From the IMG/VR virus record IMGVR_UViG_2718218393_000006, positions 46,356 through 110,355 of that record: a DNA stretch of 64,000 nt. The stretch is one strand, 5' to 3'. The first letter of the stretch is position 1. The number at the start of each line of letters is the position of its first letter. The position numbers were made by a program, and so were the translations under genes. A model generated the notes under the pieces. It did no database searches. It was not told where the DNA came from and saw nothing but the letters and a program-made list of their open reading frames with translations. Below, piece after piece: positions 49,110 to 59,316 of this stretch. The DNA comes from a virus (taxonomy: Duplodnaviria > Caudoviricetes).

Positions 49110-49379
49110 ATGACCGCACGTCAGTTCCTCCCTATTCAAGGTGCCATCGCCCGCCACATTTACGGCGAACGCCTTGCCGCAACTCAGCCACTCGACTGTC
49201 CGCCGGCGCAGAGCGACTGGTCCGACGCAGACAGTTGCGAGGCCACCATGGCGATGGCCGCGCAGGTGCTGTCGCTTGTCAACGCGATGCCGGACGGGCC
49301 GGCACGGCGCCAAACAGTTCGATTGCTGGAGTCGGCTCGTGCGAGCTACGCCCAGGCAGTGACGAGGGATGCCGCGTGA
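49110..49379 (+). CDS. Early hypothetical protein
   Basis: GGAG RBS; ATGA overlap. Confidence 0.5.
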   Translation: MTARQFLPIQGAIARHIYGERLAATQPLDCPPAQSDWSDADSCEATMAMAAQVLSLVNAMPDGPARRQTVRLLESARASYAQAVTRDAA

Positions 49380-49562
49380 TCCGCACCATCCCTCTCGATC
49401 GGATGCACAACACCTTGAAGTCGCGCCAGATCCAGCAAGGCGGATCGTTGAAAGACACCCCGCCGCACGCCAGGCGCGCCGCCAAAAAACAGCGCGAGCG
49501 CCATGTGATCGAGGACATCCTCTTTCAGCTCAACGCGCCTTTAACGAATAGGAGCAACAAGG

Positions 49563-49973
49563 ATGATCGCAAACCTCTCAGGCGCGTCTGAGCTGATCAG
49601 CGCCGCCAACCTGCTGGCCGAGTTTGTTGCCCGGGTGAACAGCTACTTCGATCAGATCAAGCCGCGGCCGTCTTTCGCCATCAAGGTGAAGGGCCAGGCG
49701 CTTATCGGCGAGATCGCCATCCCGTGGGAAAAGCACCCAGGCCTTGCTTTCACCATCCGCGAGCTGAGCGACGCTGAGGCAGACGCCCTAGGTGGCCGGC
49801 TCCGCAGTTCTCTCGAAGCCTCCATCGACCGCCTCGGCACAAGCCAGCCGCCGGCGCCGAACGTCGTGCCGATTGAGGCGGCGCGCAAGATTGAAGCTGA
49901 GCAGAAGCCCATTCAGTCCAGCAGCAACGATGATCGTGAAGGCTTCTTTGGCACTCGCAGCGTATGGGGATGA
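49563..49973 (+). CDS. Early hypothetical protein
   Basis: RBS; operon context. Confidence 0.55.
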   Translation: MIANLSGASELISAANLLAEFVARVNSYFDQIKPRPSFAIKVKGQALIGEIAIPWEKHPGLAFTIRELSDAEADALGGRLRSSLEASIDRLGTSQPPAPNVVPIEAARKIEAEQKPIQSSSNDDREGFFGTRSVWG

Positions 49974-50160
49974 CCATGAAACGAACCGAATGGAAGCAAG
50001 CCTGGCGCTTCGTCCGCGCCATGTGGCCGCAGATCAACCAGGGCGACGGATGGAAGCACCTCACCGCCCAGCAGCGCCAAGCCGCCAACCACCTCGACCA
50101 ACGCAACACCGCAGCGCCAGCCCACAAGCTGGCGCTTCCGTTTTAAGACCGGAGACAATC

Positions 50161-51033
50161 ATGCAATTCCATCAGGCACAGCGCAAAAAGGCCAAGCTAC
50201 GGCTGGCACTGACTGGCCCCAGCGGAGCAGGCAAAACCTACGGCGCGCTCGTGGTTGCCAAGGGCCTGGGCGGCAAGATCGCCGTCATCGACACCGAGCG
50301 CGGGAGCGCATCGCTTTACTCTGACATCGTGGACTTCGATGTCTTGGAACTGGACCCGCCTTATACGCCTGAGCGCTTCCTTGAAGCGATGAAGGCCGCA
50401 GAGGCTGCCGGTTACAGCACGGTAATCCTCGACAGCATCACCCACGAATGGAGCGGCGTTGGCGGCTGCTTGGAAATGAACGACGCGCTGGCCAAGGCCA
50501 AATTCAAGGGCAACACCTGGTCGGCCTGGAACGAGACCACCCCGCGCCATCGCGCCTTCATCGACGCCATCCTTCGCTCGCCCATGCACGTCATCGCCAC
50601 GATGCGAAGCAAGACCGAAACAACCCAGGTCGAGGAAAACGGCAAAAAGAAGGTCGCAAAGCTGGGCATGAAGTCTGAGCAGCGCGACGGGCTGGAGTAC
50701 GAATTCACTGTCGTCCTGGACATCTCGCACGACGGCAATATCGCGCTGGCCAGCAAGGACCGGACGCGCCTCTTCGCAGACCCTGTCCGCCTGAGTGCCG
50801 AAACAGGCCAGCTGCTGCTGGAATGGCTGGAGAGCGGCAAAGACCCGGCGCAGATGATGGCCGAAGAGGTCGACATGGCCATCGAGGCGATGCGCGGCTG
50901 CGACAACCTGGGCTCGCTGCAGGGCATCTTCGCCGGCGCATGGAAGCGCTGCGACGAAGTGAACAAGGCCCGGCTGAAGGCTGAATACGATCAACTGAAG
51001 TCGGCACTGGAAACCAAGGAGCAAGCCGCATGA
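50161..51033 (+). CDS. Sak4-like (AAA_24, RecA fold) single-strand annealing recombinase
   Basis: GPSGAGKT, IDTERGS, ILDSITHEW, EYEFT; next to ssb. Confidence 0.8.
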   Translation: MQFHQAQRKKAKLRLALTGPSGAGKTYGALVVAKGLGGKIAVIDTERGSASLYSDIVDFDVLELDPPYTPERFLEAMKAAEAAGYSTVILDSITHEWSGVGGCLEMNDALAKAKFKGNTWSAWNETTPRHRAFIDAILRSPMHVIATMRSKTETTQVEENGKKKVAKLGMKSEQRDGLEYEFTVVLDISHDGNIALASKDRTRLFADPVRLSAETGQLLLEWLESGKDPAQMMAEEVDMAIEAMRGCDNLGSLQGIFAGAWKRCDEVNKARLKAEYDQLKSALETKEQAA

Positions 51034-52067
51034 CAACCGCCGCCCTCCCCGCCGTCTCGCTGGAGATCGACGCCAGCCAAGCGCCTACCATTTACACCGG
51101 CAAAGGCCTCAATGTGTATTTTGAGTACATCAAGGCCATGGTCAACGAAGTACCGGATCTGACCACCAAGAAGGGCCGCGACCGCATTGCCTCGCTCGCC
51201 TACAAGGTCAGCCAGAGCAAGACGGCTGTCGAGAAGCCGGGCCGCGACTACCTGAAGCTGGTCAAGGAGCTGCCAAAGAAGATCGAGGATGAGCTGCGCG
51301 ACTTCGTCACGCAATGCGACGCCCTCCGCGACTCGGTTCGCAAACCTCTGACCGACTGGGAGGCGGAGCAAGCACGCATTGAGGCTGAACGCATAGCCGC
51401 GGAGAAGGCTGCCGAAGAGGCTGCTGCCCTCGCCCGCCAGATCGAAGCCGATCACGAAATCGGCCTGCTGATGAACCGCGAGCATGACCGCCTGGCCGAG
51501 GAGAAGCGCCAAGCTGATCTACGCGCCCAGCAAGAGCGTGAGGCCGAGATTGGTCGGCAGGCCGAAGAGAAAGCGCGACGCGAAGTTGAGGAGAAGGCCG
51601 AAGCCGAACGCCAAGAAGCCATGCGACGCGAACTGGAAGCCAAGCTCACCGCCGAGCGCGCGGAACAAGAGCGCCAGGCGGCAGAACAGCGCGCCAAAGA
51701 CGCCGAGGCCCGCGCCGCCAGCGAGAAGGCCGAGGCCGAGGAGCGCATCCGCCAGGCCGAGGCGAAGGCCGAGCAGGACCGCCTGGAAGCTGAAGAACGC
51801 GCCAAGCAGGCCGCAATCCAGGCTGAAGCCAACCGCATCCGTGCCGCAGAGGAAGCTGCAGCGGCCGAGCGCCGCCGACTGGAGCGGGAAGCCGAGGCCA
51901 AAGCAACAGAAGAACGCCGTCGCGCAGCCGATACCGCCCACCGGGCCAAGGTGAACCGCGAGGCGCTGGACGACCTGATGGCCACCGGGCTGACCGAAGA
52001 CCAAGCCAAGGCAGTGGTCTGCGCCATCGTCAAAAAACAAGTGCGCCACGTCGCCATCCAATATTGA
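51030..52067 (+). CDS. Phage coiled-coil protein
   Basis: PDLTTKKGRDRIAS N-domain and a long EAK-rich coil. Confidence 0.7.
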   Translation: MTTAALPAVSLEIDASQAPTIYTGKGLNVYFEYIKAMVNEVPDLTTKKGRDRIASLAYKVSQSKTAVEKPGRDYLKLVKELPKKIEDELRDFVTQCDALRDSVRKPLTDWEAEQARIEAERIAAEKAAEEAAALARQIEADHEIGLLMNREHDRLAEEKRQADLRAQQEREAEIGRQAEEKARREVEEKAEAERQEAMRRELEAKLTAERAEQERQAAEQRAKDAEARAASEKAEAEERIRQAEAKAEQDRLEAEERAKQAAIQAEANRIRAAEEAAAAERRRLEREAEAKATEERRRAADTAHRAKVNREALDDLMATGLTEDQAKAVVCAIVKKQVRHVAIQY

Positions 52068-52074
52068 GGACGCC

Positions 52075-52497
52075 ATGAACAGCATCACCTTTGACGGCCG
52101 CCTGGCCGCCGACGCCGAACTGCGCTACACGCAGAGTGGAGAGCCGATCCTCACCTTCCGCGTGGCCAGCGACATCGGCTACGGCGACCGCAAGTCCACC
52201 AACTGGTTCAGCTGCCAGATTTGGGGCAAGCGTGGCGAGTCGCTGAAGAACTATCTGGCCAAGGGCCAGCAAGTGACCGTGTACGGCCAGCTGTTGCTGC
52301 GCGAGTGGCAGGACAAGGACGGCAACAAGCGCCTGTCTCCCGACGTCCGCGTCAACGAACTGAGCCTGCAAGGCGGCCGGCAGGAGGAAGGCGGACAGCC
52401 CTCGTCGCGCCAGGAACCGCCGGCCGCGCCGCGTCGTCGTGAGCAGCAATCGCCGCCGCCCATGGATGACTTAGACGACGACGGGATTCCCTTCTAA
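52075..52497 (+). CDS. ssb: Single-stranded DNA-binding protein
   Basis: GRLAADAELRYT...; acidic DDDGIPF tail. Confidence 0.95.
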   Translation: MNSITFDGRLAADAELRYTQSGEPILTFRVASDIGYGDRKSTNWFSCQIWGKRGESLKNYLAKGQQVTVYGQLLLREWQDKDGNKRLSPDVRVNELSLQGGRQEEGGQPSSRQEPPAAPRRREQQSPPPMDDLDDDGIPF

Positions 52498-52594
52498 CAA
52501 TGCCAGTAACAGCCCATCGCCGGCGCATGTGGATACGCGCCGCCATGATCAAGCAAGCCCGCCTCGCGCGGGCTTCATCAATTCTGGAGCCACC

Positions 52595-52942
52595 ATGCAA
52601 AACCCCCGTGACATCCGCCGCAGCACCGGCCTCAACCAGCAGCAGTTCTGGGGCGTCCTCGGCGTCACCCAATCCGGCGGCAGCCGGTACGAAAACGAGC
52701 GCAACATCCCCAAGCCGGTCCAGACCCTAATGAACGTGGTCCACGTCCACGGCATCGACCTGTCCAAGATCACAGCCGAGAACGCCCAGGTCATCCGCGC
52801 GCTGCTGGCCGGTGAACTGGATGTTTCCGCCCTGCTCAAGACCGCCGAGCACATGCGCAAGCTCTCGGCGGCCGCGGCCGGCATTGCAGCCGAGGCCGCG
52901 AACACTTCTTTGCTGGTTCATGGGCTGAAGGAGGCCGCATGA
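52595..52942 (+). CDS. RsaL-like XRE HTH protein
   Basis: NQQQFW...GVTQSGGSRYEN...P.PV resembles the RsaL HTH signature. Confidence 0.7.
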   Translation: MQNPRDIRRSTGLNQQQFWGVLGVTQSGGSRYENERNIPKPVQTLMNVVHVHGIDLSKITAENAQVIRALLAGELDVSALLKTAEHMRKLSAAAAGIAAEAANTSLLVHGLKEAA

Positions 52943-53290
52943 GCAAACAGCCCAAGCAGCAGCTGGAGAAATATCACGGTGAGCTGAATCTCCACATCAC
53001 CGACGGCGAACACGATCTGCCGATGGGCCGAGCCCGCGTCGACTGGGAAGCCCCCCCCCGGCAGCAACTACTCCGGCGCCCATCTCTTCACCGCGGCGCT
53101 GCTGGGCGCTCAGCGCCATTTCTCAGCGCTGATGAAAGGCCTGGGCCTGCGTCACCGCTGGCGGATCTATGACGACGCCGGTAACAGCATCAGCCTGCAG
53201 GACTTCGACGCGAAGCTGGCCGAGGCCAAGGCGCTGAAAGAGCCGCTGACGTTGAAGCGGCTGGGTATTCAAACCGTTTCCATTGATTGA
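52939..53290 (+). pseudogene. Hypothetical gene frameshifted at a C9 tract
   Basis: With C8 at 53051-53059 the frame continues with phage-like codons to TGA at 53290. Confidence 0.6.
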
Positions 53291-53316
53291 TTCGCCTCAA
53301 CACCCTGGAGAACCCC

Positions 53317-53829
53317 ATGGATCAACGTACTACCGGCCTGTACCCGAAATTCACCGTGCGCCGCAACGATGGTCGCGACCAGTCCAGCGGCGACCGCGCT
53401 GGCGCCGAGTATTTTGTGCTTGACCTGACGTTCGACCCCTATGCCGTTCCCGCAGCTCTGGCCTATGCCGACGCCTGCCGCGCGCCGTTCCCGCGGCTGT
53501 CTGACGACATCGTCGCCAAAGTTTTCGCCCCGCGGACACCGCAACGCGATGAAAACGGCTGGTGGCTCCATCCGGTCCTGTGCTGGCAAGAGGATGAGTC
53601 CTTCCAGCTGAGGGAGTGGCTGGAAGGTTACGGCTACGAAATTTCCGTCATCGAGATGGACTGGGCCGAAAATAGCGACGAACTATTCGAGGCCCTGGAA
53701 GAAACCGGCAGTGTCTGCGGCTGGTTGCCCCTCAGCCCCGACGGTGAAGGCTGGTACCTGTCCGGAATCTACGACACTGACGATGGCCCCGCCGCCGCCT
53801 GGATTCGCAAGATACAGGAGGCTGCATGA
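53317..53829 (+). CDS. Hypothetical phage protein
   Basis: YFVLDL..DP.A..A..AYA and RDENGWW.HP...WYL..I.DT.DGP modules. Confidence 0.65.
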   Translation: MDQRTTGLYPKFTVRRNDGRDQSSGDRAGAEYFVLDLTFDPYAVPAALAYADACRAPFPRLSDDIVAKVFAPRTPQRDENGWWLHPVLCWQEDESFQLREWLEGYGYEISVIEMDWAENSDELFEALEETGSVCGWLPLSPDGEGWYLSGIYDTDDGPAAAWIRKIQEAA

Positions 53830-54779
53830 CCTGGTTCAACAACGCAACCCTGTTCCGGCTCACCGATGCGCCTGACGCCATCCGCCTGAGCGAGGCCCTG
53901 GCCAAGCGCCCGTTTCAACCCTGCATGGGACTGGATTGGTTCAGCGAAGGCTGGGTAGCGCCGGCCATCCACTTGGAAGAGCCGGTATTCGCAACGCGCG
54001 GGCACATGCTGGTGAGCCTGCTGCGCGAGGACAAGGTGCTGCCACCTGCGGTGATCCGCAAGGCCGTCGACGCCTTGGTCGCCGAGATCGAAGCCAAGGA
54101 GCTGCGCAAGGTCGGCCGCAAGGAGAGGCTGGCGCTGAAGGACCAAGTGACCGACGACTTGCTGCCGCGCGCCTTCGCGAAGCCGTCCCGCGTACCGGCG
54201 CTCATGGCTGGCGGCTGGCTGATCGCGGATACCGGCAGCGCGCCGCGCGCCGAGGCGCTGGTCTCCAAGCTGCGCGAGGCGCTGCCGCCCTTCCCCGCCG
54301 CGCTGCCGCGCACCCAGATCGTGCCGCGCACCGCGATGACCGACTGGCTGGCTGCCGGCGAAGCGCCGGGCGCGTTCGAGCTGGATGAGGATGCGGTGCT
54401 GAAGGATGGAAGCGAAAACGGCGCCGAGGTCCGCGTCAGCCGCATCAACCTGACCAGCGACGAGATCCGCCAGCACATCGCCACCGGCAAGCAGGCCACC
54501 AAGCTGGGCTTGATCTGGAACGAGAAGATCCGCTTCCAGCTGACCGACACGCTACAGCTGAAGCGCATCCAGTGGCTGGGCGTGCTGCAGGACGAGGCCA
54601 GCCAGGCCGGCGACGACCGCGAAAGCCTGTTCGAAGCCACCTTCATCCTGATGAGCGAAGAGCTCGGTGAGCTGGTGGAAGCGTTGGTGGAGGCGTTGGG
54701 TGGCCTGGAGGACAGCCAGGCTCGTCCAGGCGCAGTATCAACGACGCCGGCGCCCATGCCCGTCATGAGTACTCCCTAG
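53826..54779 (+). CDS. rdgC: Recombination-associated protein RdgC
   Basis: WFNNATLFRL, EDKVLP, LLPRAF, EIRQHI..GK..TKL.L.W. Confidence 0.92.
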   Translation: MTWFNNATLFRLTDAPDAIRLSEALAKRPFQPCMGLDWFSEGWVAPAIHLEEPVFATRGHMLVSLLREDKVLPPAVIRKAVDALVAEIEAKELRKVGRKERLALKDQVTDDLLPRAFAKPSRVPALMAGGWLIADTGSAPRAEALVSKLREALPPFPAALPRTQIVPRTAMTDWLAAGEAPGAFELDEDAVLKDGSENGAEVRVSRINLTSDEIRQHIATGKQATKLGLIWNEKIRFQLTDTLQLKRIQWLGVLQDEASQAGDDRESLFEATFILMSEELGELVEALVEALGGLEDSQARPGAVSTTPAPMPVMSTP

Positions 54780-54847
54780 GACTGAAGAGCCAAAACCCCA
54801 ATGCCCGCTACATGCGGGCTTCTTTTTTGGCGCAAGCGCGCCAGGAG

Positions 54848-55063
54848 ATGAGCATGAATACCCACATCAGCACCATGCGCTATGCGCTGGAAATCGCCAC
54901 TTTGTCCCGGCTGCTCGACGAAAAGGAGCGCCACATCCAGATGCTGCAGGACACCATCGCCATCAAGGACGAGCAGTTGGCAACGATGGTGACGTGCGCC
55001 AAGGAGCTGGGGGATCGGCAGGCGGCGGCCGATGCGGTCGGTATCCCGAGGATTGCCGCTTAA
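54848..55063 (+). CDS. Small coiled-coil hypothetical protein
   Basis: AGGAG RBS after a terminator hairpin at about 54803. Confidence 0.45.
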   Translation: MSMNTHISTMRYALEIATLSRLLDEKERHIQMLQDTIAIKDEQLATMVTCAKELGDRQAAADAVGIPRIAA

Positions 55064-55097
55064 GCAAGGCCACTGGCCGTTTAAGACGGCGTGTGGA

Positions 55098-55283
55098 TTA
55101 CGGGTACTGAACTTCCCACGTACCGTTTCTCGAGTCGTGCCATAGGATGCTGCGGCAATGCCTGCACTCATACATGGTGCGATGGGCATTCTCACCTCCC
55201 ATCGTGGTCTGCTTGTCCAGGTGTTTTTTAACCTCATCGGCTCCGGCAGTGCCAGCAACTATCGGTCCACAGAATCCGCACAT
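55098..55283 (-). CDS. Small Zn-ribbon protein (antisense moron)
   Basis: AAGGAG RBS; MCGFC...CRHC. Confidence 0.55.
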   Translation of the reverse strand: MCGFCGPIVAGTAGADEVKKHLDKQTTMGGENAHRTMYECRHCRSILWHDSRNGTWEVQYP

Positions 55284-55514
55284 GATGAGCTCCTTTTCTC
55301 GTTGATGCTCAGGATTACCACCGACTGTGATGATTGTGAAGTGACCAGTGTTTAAACGCGGCCCATGCGGGCCATTATTCATGGAGCCAAGCATGAGCCT
55401 GTATCGGATATGCAGTCGCTGTGATTTCCGCAGGCCGCTGGCTGGCGGCGCGTATGTGACGACACCGAGCGGCGCCGGGAGCGAGTGGCGCTGCAAGATA
55501 TGCAAGGACATCAA

Positions 55515-57431
55515 ATGATCCGCGACCAATTCACGCTCGACCTGAACCGCGAGCTCATCATCGATAACTTCGCCGGCGGCGGCGGCGCTTCCACCGGTAT
55601 CGAACTTGCGCTTGGGAGGCACGTCGACATCGCCATCAACCACGATCCTGAGGCCGTGGCGCTCCACAGCATCAACCATCCGCAGACCGACCACCATTGC
55701 GAAAGCGTTTGGGATGTGAACCCTCGCGACGTGACACAGGGGCGCCCGATCGGTCTGATCTGGTTCAGCCCGGACTGCAAACACTTCAGCAAAGCCAAGG
55801 GCGGAAAGCCGCGCAACAAGCGCATCCGCGGCCTGGCCTGGGTGACGCTGCGCTGGGCGTCGCTTCCGTGTCCCAGCAAACCACGCGTGATCTTCCTGGA
55901 GAACGTGGAGGAGTTCCGCACATGGGGGCCGCTGCTGAGCGATGGCAAGCCGTGCCCGAAGAAAAAGGGCCGCACCTTCAATAGCTTTCTGAACGCCCTT
56001 GCTCGACACGGATACAAGGTCGAGCACCGAGAGCTGCGCGGCATGGACTACGGCGCGCCGACCATCCGAAAACGCCTGTTCCTCATTGCCCGCAGTGATG
56101 GCCAGGCCATCGTCTGGCCAGCCCCTACCCATGGAGATCCGGACAGCGCCGAGGTGAAGGCCGGCAAGCTCAAACCTTGGCCAACGGCGGGCAATGACGT
56201 GATCGACTGGAGCATTCCGTGCCCGAGCATTTTCGAGCGCACGCGTCCGTTGGCGGAAAACACGTTGCGCCGCATCGCCCGCGGCATCAACCGCTATGTC
56301 CTGAACACGGCGAAGCCGTTCATCGTCAAAGTAAACCACGGTTACGATTATTTCCGCGGACAAGCGATCGACGACCCCATGCAGACCGTTACCGCCAAGC
56401 ACGGCTATGGCCTGGTAGCGCCGGTGTTGACCGAGTGCGCCAATGCCAGCAGCCAGCGCTGCATGCCGGCCGATGAGCCGCTGCGCACGGTCTGCGCTGA
56501 AGTGAAGGGCGGGCATCATGCATTGATCGGCGCGACGCTGGTGGGGGCTGGCGGTCCGTCCTATGGCGGCAAGCCGCGAGCGGTCGACCAAGCCATGCCG
56601 ACGCTGACGACCGAGTCGCACCACGCTGTTGCGGCCGCGACCTTGATCAAGCACTACGGAGGCAACTACAAGGGTGCCGGCGTGGATCTGGCTGGGCCGA
56701 TGCACACAACTACTACCGTTGACCATCACGCACTGGTCGCCGCCCACATCACCAAGTTCCGATCCGGATCGACCGGATCTGGAGCCGACGAACCGCTACA
56801 CACGGTGACGGCCGGCCCAAAAGAAAACCCCGCCGGCGCGCCGCATGCGATGGGAGTTGTCGCCGCCCATCTGGTCCGCCAATTCGGTAATAGCGACGCC
56901 GCGCCGGCCGGCGCGCCGGTCGGAACTGTCACTGCTGGCGGCGGAGGCAAGACCCAACTGGTGGCCGCCAACCTGCTGAAGCTGTACGGCACCAGCCAGG
57001 ACGGACAGCCCGTCAGCCAGCCCATGCCCACGGTGACTGCCGGCGGCAACCACATCGCCGAGGTCCGAGCCTTCCTCGTGAAGTACTACAGCGAGGGCGG
57101 CCAGGATCAGAGCCTGTATGACCCACTGCATACCGTTCCCACCAAGGACCGCATGGGCCTTGTGACCGTCGCCGGCGTCGACTACCAAATTGCCGACATC
57201 GGCATGCGGATGCTGGAGCCGCGCGAACTCTACGCGGCGCAGGGCTTCCCGAAGACCTACGTAATCGACCCCGTCATCAACGGCCGGCGCCTGCCGAAGC
57301 ACGCGCAAGTCCGGATGGCCGGCAACAGCGTCTGCCCACCGTTGGCTGAAGCGCTGGTGCGCGCCAACTGCGCGGACATGATGGCCTGGAGTAGCGCCGA
57401 GATGAAGCAACGCCGGAGCATCGCCGCATGA
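55515..57431 (+). CDS. DNA cytosine-C5 methyltransferase with internal repeats
   Basis: FAGGGG, SPDC, ENV, R.RLF, GNSVCP; repeated PL.TVT units. Confidence 0.92.
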   Translation: MIRDQFTLDLNRELIIDNFAGGGGASTGIELALGRHVDIAINHDPEAVALHSINHPQTDHHCESVWDVNPRDVTQGRPIGLIWFSPDCKHFSKAKGGKPRNKRIRGLAWVTLRWASLPCPSKPRVIFLENVEEFRTWGPLLSDGKPCPKKKGRTFNSFLNALARHGYKVEHRELRGMDYGAPTIRKRLFLIARSDGQAIVWPAPTHGDPDSAEVKAGKLKPWPTAGNDVIDWSIPCPSIFERTRPLAENTLRRIARGINRYVLNTAKPFIVKVNHGYDYFRGQAIDDPMQTVTAKHGYGLVAPVLTECANASSQRCMPADEPLRTVCAEVKGGHHALIGATLVGAGGPSYGGKPRAVDQAMPTLTTESHHAVAAATLIKHYGGNYKGAGVDLAGPMHTTTTVDHHALVAAHITKFRSGSTGSGADEPLHTVTAGPKENPAGAPHAMGVVAAHLVRQFGNSDAAPAGAPVGTVTAGGGGKTQLVAANLLKLYGTSQDGQPVSQPMPTVTAGGNHIAEVRAFLVKYYSEGGQDQSLYDPLHTVPTKDRMGLVTVAGVDYQIADIGMRMLEPRELYAAQGFPKTYVIDPVINGRRLPKHAQVRMAGNSVCPPLAEALVRANCADMMAWSSAEMKQRRSIAA

Positions 57432-57455
57432 CCTTTCCCTTCTACATCCGGCACG

Positions 57456-57701
57456 TTAGCGATACAGCCCCAGGTCAGACCCCGGAGGGGCCAACTTCAG
57501 CACTATCGAGTCATATCCCCAGCCAACAGCATTAACCACGACTGCGCAGACTGCGAGGCCGCCCGCCAGGGTGTACTGGCCATAAATGCCCCACACAATC
57601 GCCGCCAGCATCATTAAACCCCCAGCGATTTTTAGCACCGCCTGAATCATTCCCCTGAACGTCATCAGGACATGGAAAAGGATGCCTTTTAGCAGCTCCA
57701 T
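57456..57701 (-). CDS. Small two-TM membrane protein (antisense moron)
   Basis: Hydrophobic; AGGGG RBS. Confidence 0.5.
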   Translation of the reverse strand: MELLKGILFHVLMTFRGMIQAVLKIAGGLMMLAAIVWGIYGQYTLAGGLAVCAVVVNAVGWGYDSIVLKLAPPGSDLGLYR

Positions 57702-57818
57702 GGCCGCCCCTTATGCAAAAGGAAGGATTTTCCCATGAACCCGCACCACCTGGAACTGATACCCGACACCGGCGCGGCGCTGGCAGCAGCCAACGCGGCC
57801 CACGCGGAAGGAGTGACC

Positions 57819-58520
57819 ATGCCCAACGTCAATGAGAAGCCGATCCTGTTCTGCGCCGAAATGGTCCGTGCGCTACTGGCCGGCACTAAGACGCAGACGC
57901 GGCGGGTGGCAAAGCCGGTGAAGCATCCAGATTTTGGCAACCTGTACGAACCAGGTGCCATGGTGCTGGAACGCGAACCACAGCATGTCATTAACCGCGC
58001 ATGCCCATACGGCCAACCTGGCGACAGGCTGTGGGTACGGGAGACCTGGGGGGTGATCAGCCACTCTTGGGACAAGGCCGGCAATATGGTCGATTGGGTG
58101 CCGGATCGGCCGGCCACACCAATCCTAGAACTGCCATTCGGCCGAGTTTACTACTCCGGCCACGTCATCTATGCGGCCGACGGCTATATGGAGTGGGCGG
58201 GCGATGACGATGGCGGCGGTGAGCCTCGGTCGGCATGGAAGCCCAGCATTCACATGCCGCGCACTGCCAGCCGCATCCTGCTGGAAATCACCGACGTCCG
58301 CGTCGAGCAGCTGCAGGACATTAGCGAGGCGGATGCGGTGGCTGAGGGGTGCGTCGCTGAGCCTTGCGACCACTCGCGGCAGAGCTGCGAGGACATCGGC
58401 TGCTACGGGCCGACAGCTGCAGGCGCATACCACTGGCTGTGGAATCGGCTCAACGGCGCCGGCAGCTGGGACGCAAACCCGTGGGTGTGGGTGATTGAGT
58501 TCAAACGAGTGGAGAAGTGA
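57819..58520 (+). CDS. ASCH/PUA-like phage protein
   Basis: KPILF...GTKTQTRR, GDRLWVRETW, WKPSIHMPR, NPWVWVIEF; alternative in-frame start at 57735. Confidence 0.75.
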   Translation: MPNVNEKPILFCAEMVRALLAGTKTQTRRVAKPVKHPDFGNLYEPGAMVLEREPQHVINRACPYGQPGDRLWVRETWGVISHSWDKAGNMVDWVPDRPATPILELPFGRVYYSGHVIYAADGYMEWAGDDDGGGEPRSAWKPSIHMPRTASRILLEITDVRVEQLQDISEADAVAEGCVAEPCDHSRQSCEDIGCYGPTAAGAYHWLWNRLNGAGSWDANPWVWVIEFKRVEK

Positions 58521-58939
58521 CCATGCAACCCAACACCAAACCCGTCACGCCGCCGGAGTTCGTGGCCACATCCTACGCCCGCGCGTTCAATGCCTGCCAG
58601 GCGATGGTATCGGCGCAGCATGCCGGGCCTATCACTCCGGACATGATGGCCGCCTGGGATAACGGGCGGCGCGTCGTCAATGAGGCCGATGGCGCGCAGG
58701 CGCTGAAAGCCATCTCGATGCTGCAGGCGGCGCTGAAAGAGGCCGAGGACGAGCTGTGCCACCTCGGAGCCGAGCTAACGAATGAGGGGTGGGACACCTG
58801 GACCATCAAGTTGACGCTGGATGTGATCCGCATCGCGCTCTACGGCGGTGATGGCGACGGCCAGGGACCGGAGCATTTTGAATCCGCCCGGGCAGCGCTC
58901 CAAGCGCAGCGTGACAAAGAAGACAAGGAGACCGCGTGA
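58517..58939 (+). CDS. Hypothetical phage protein
   Basis: Coupled operon ORF. Confidence 0.6.
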   Translation: MTMQPNTKPVTPPEFVATSYARAFNACQAMVSAQHAGPITPDMMAAWDNGRRVVNEADGAQALKAISMLQAALKEAEDELCHLGAELTNEGWDTWTIKLTLDVIRIALYGGDGDGQGPEHFESARAALQAQRDKEDKETA

Positions 58940-59316
58940 TGCAACCCAACACCAAACCCCGCCAGGCATGGAGCCACAACAACGACACATTCCCATGCGA
59001 CACCCTGCGCGAGCTGATCAACAAATACGGTCTCGAGCCCGGCGATGTCGTGCATATCGGCGACGTGGAGGAGCATGGCACTGACTGGATAGACGCCAGT
59101 GACGTGATCGAACAGATCGCCGACCGCGGCGCCGATTATGGCGGCGAGTTTGCGGACGACTTCCCGGACGTGTCGGCCGAGGCCAAGGCCGAGTTGGATG
59201 CATTCCTGGCGCGTTGGCAGGCAGAACACTGCGTGGCCAGCTTCTTCCTGGTCGTAAACGTCCGGCAGCACACCATTACCGAAGCGGATATGGAGGAGGC
59301 AACATGCAACCCCTGA
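58936..59316 (+). CDS. Hypothetical acidic phage protein
   Basis: AGGAG RBS; coupled. Confidence 0.6.
   Translation: MMQPNTKPRQAWSHNNDTFPCDTLRELINKYGLEPGDVVHIGDVEEHGTDWIDASDVIEQIADRGADYGGEFADDFPDVSAEAKAELDAFLARWQAEHCVASFFLVVNVRQHTITEADMEEATCNP

Noticed and set aside
55098-56747. 549-aa minus-strand ORF
   Set aside because: Antisense shadow of the C5 methylase; only the last 61 codons have their own RBS and a plausible product.
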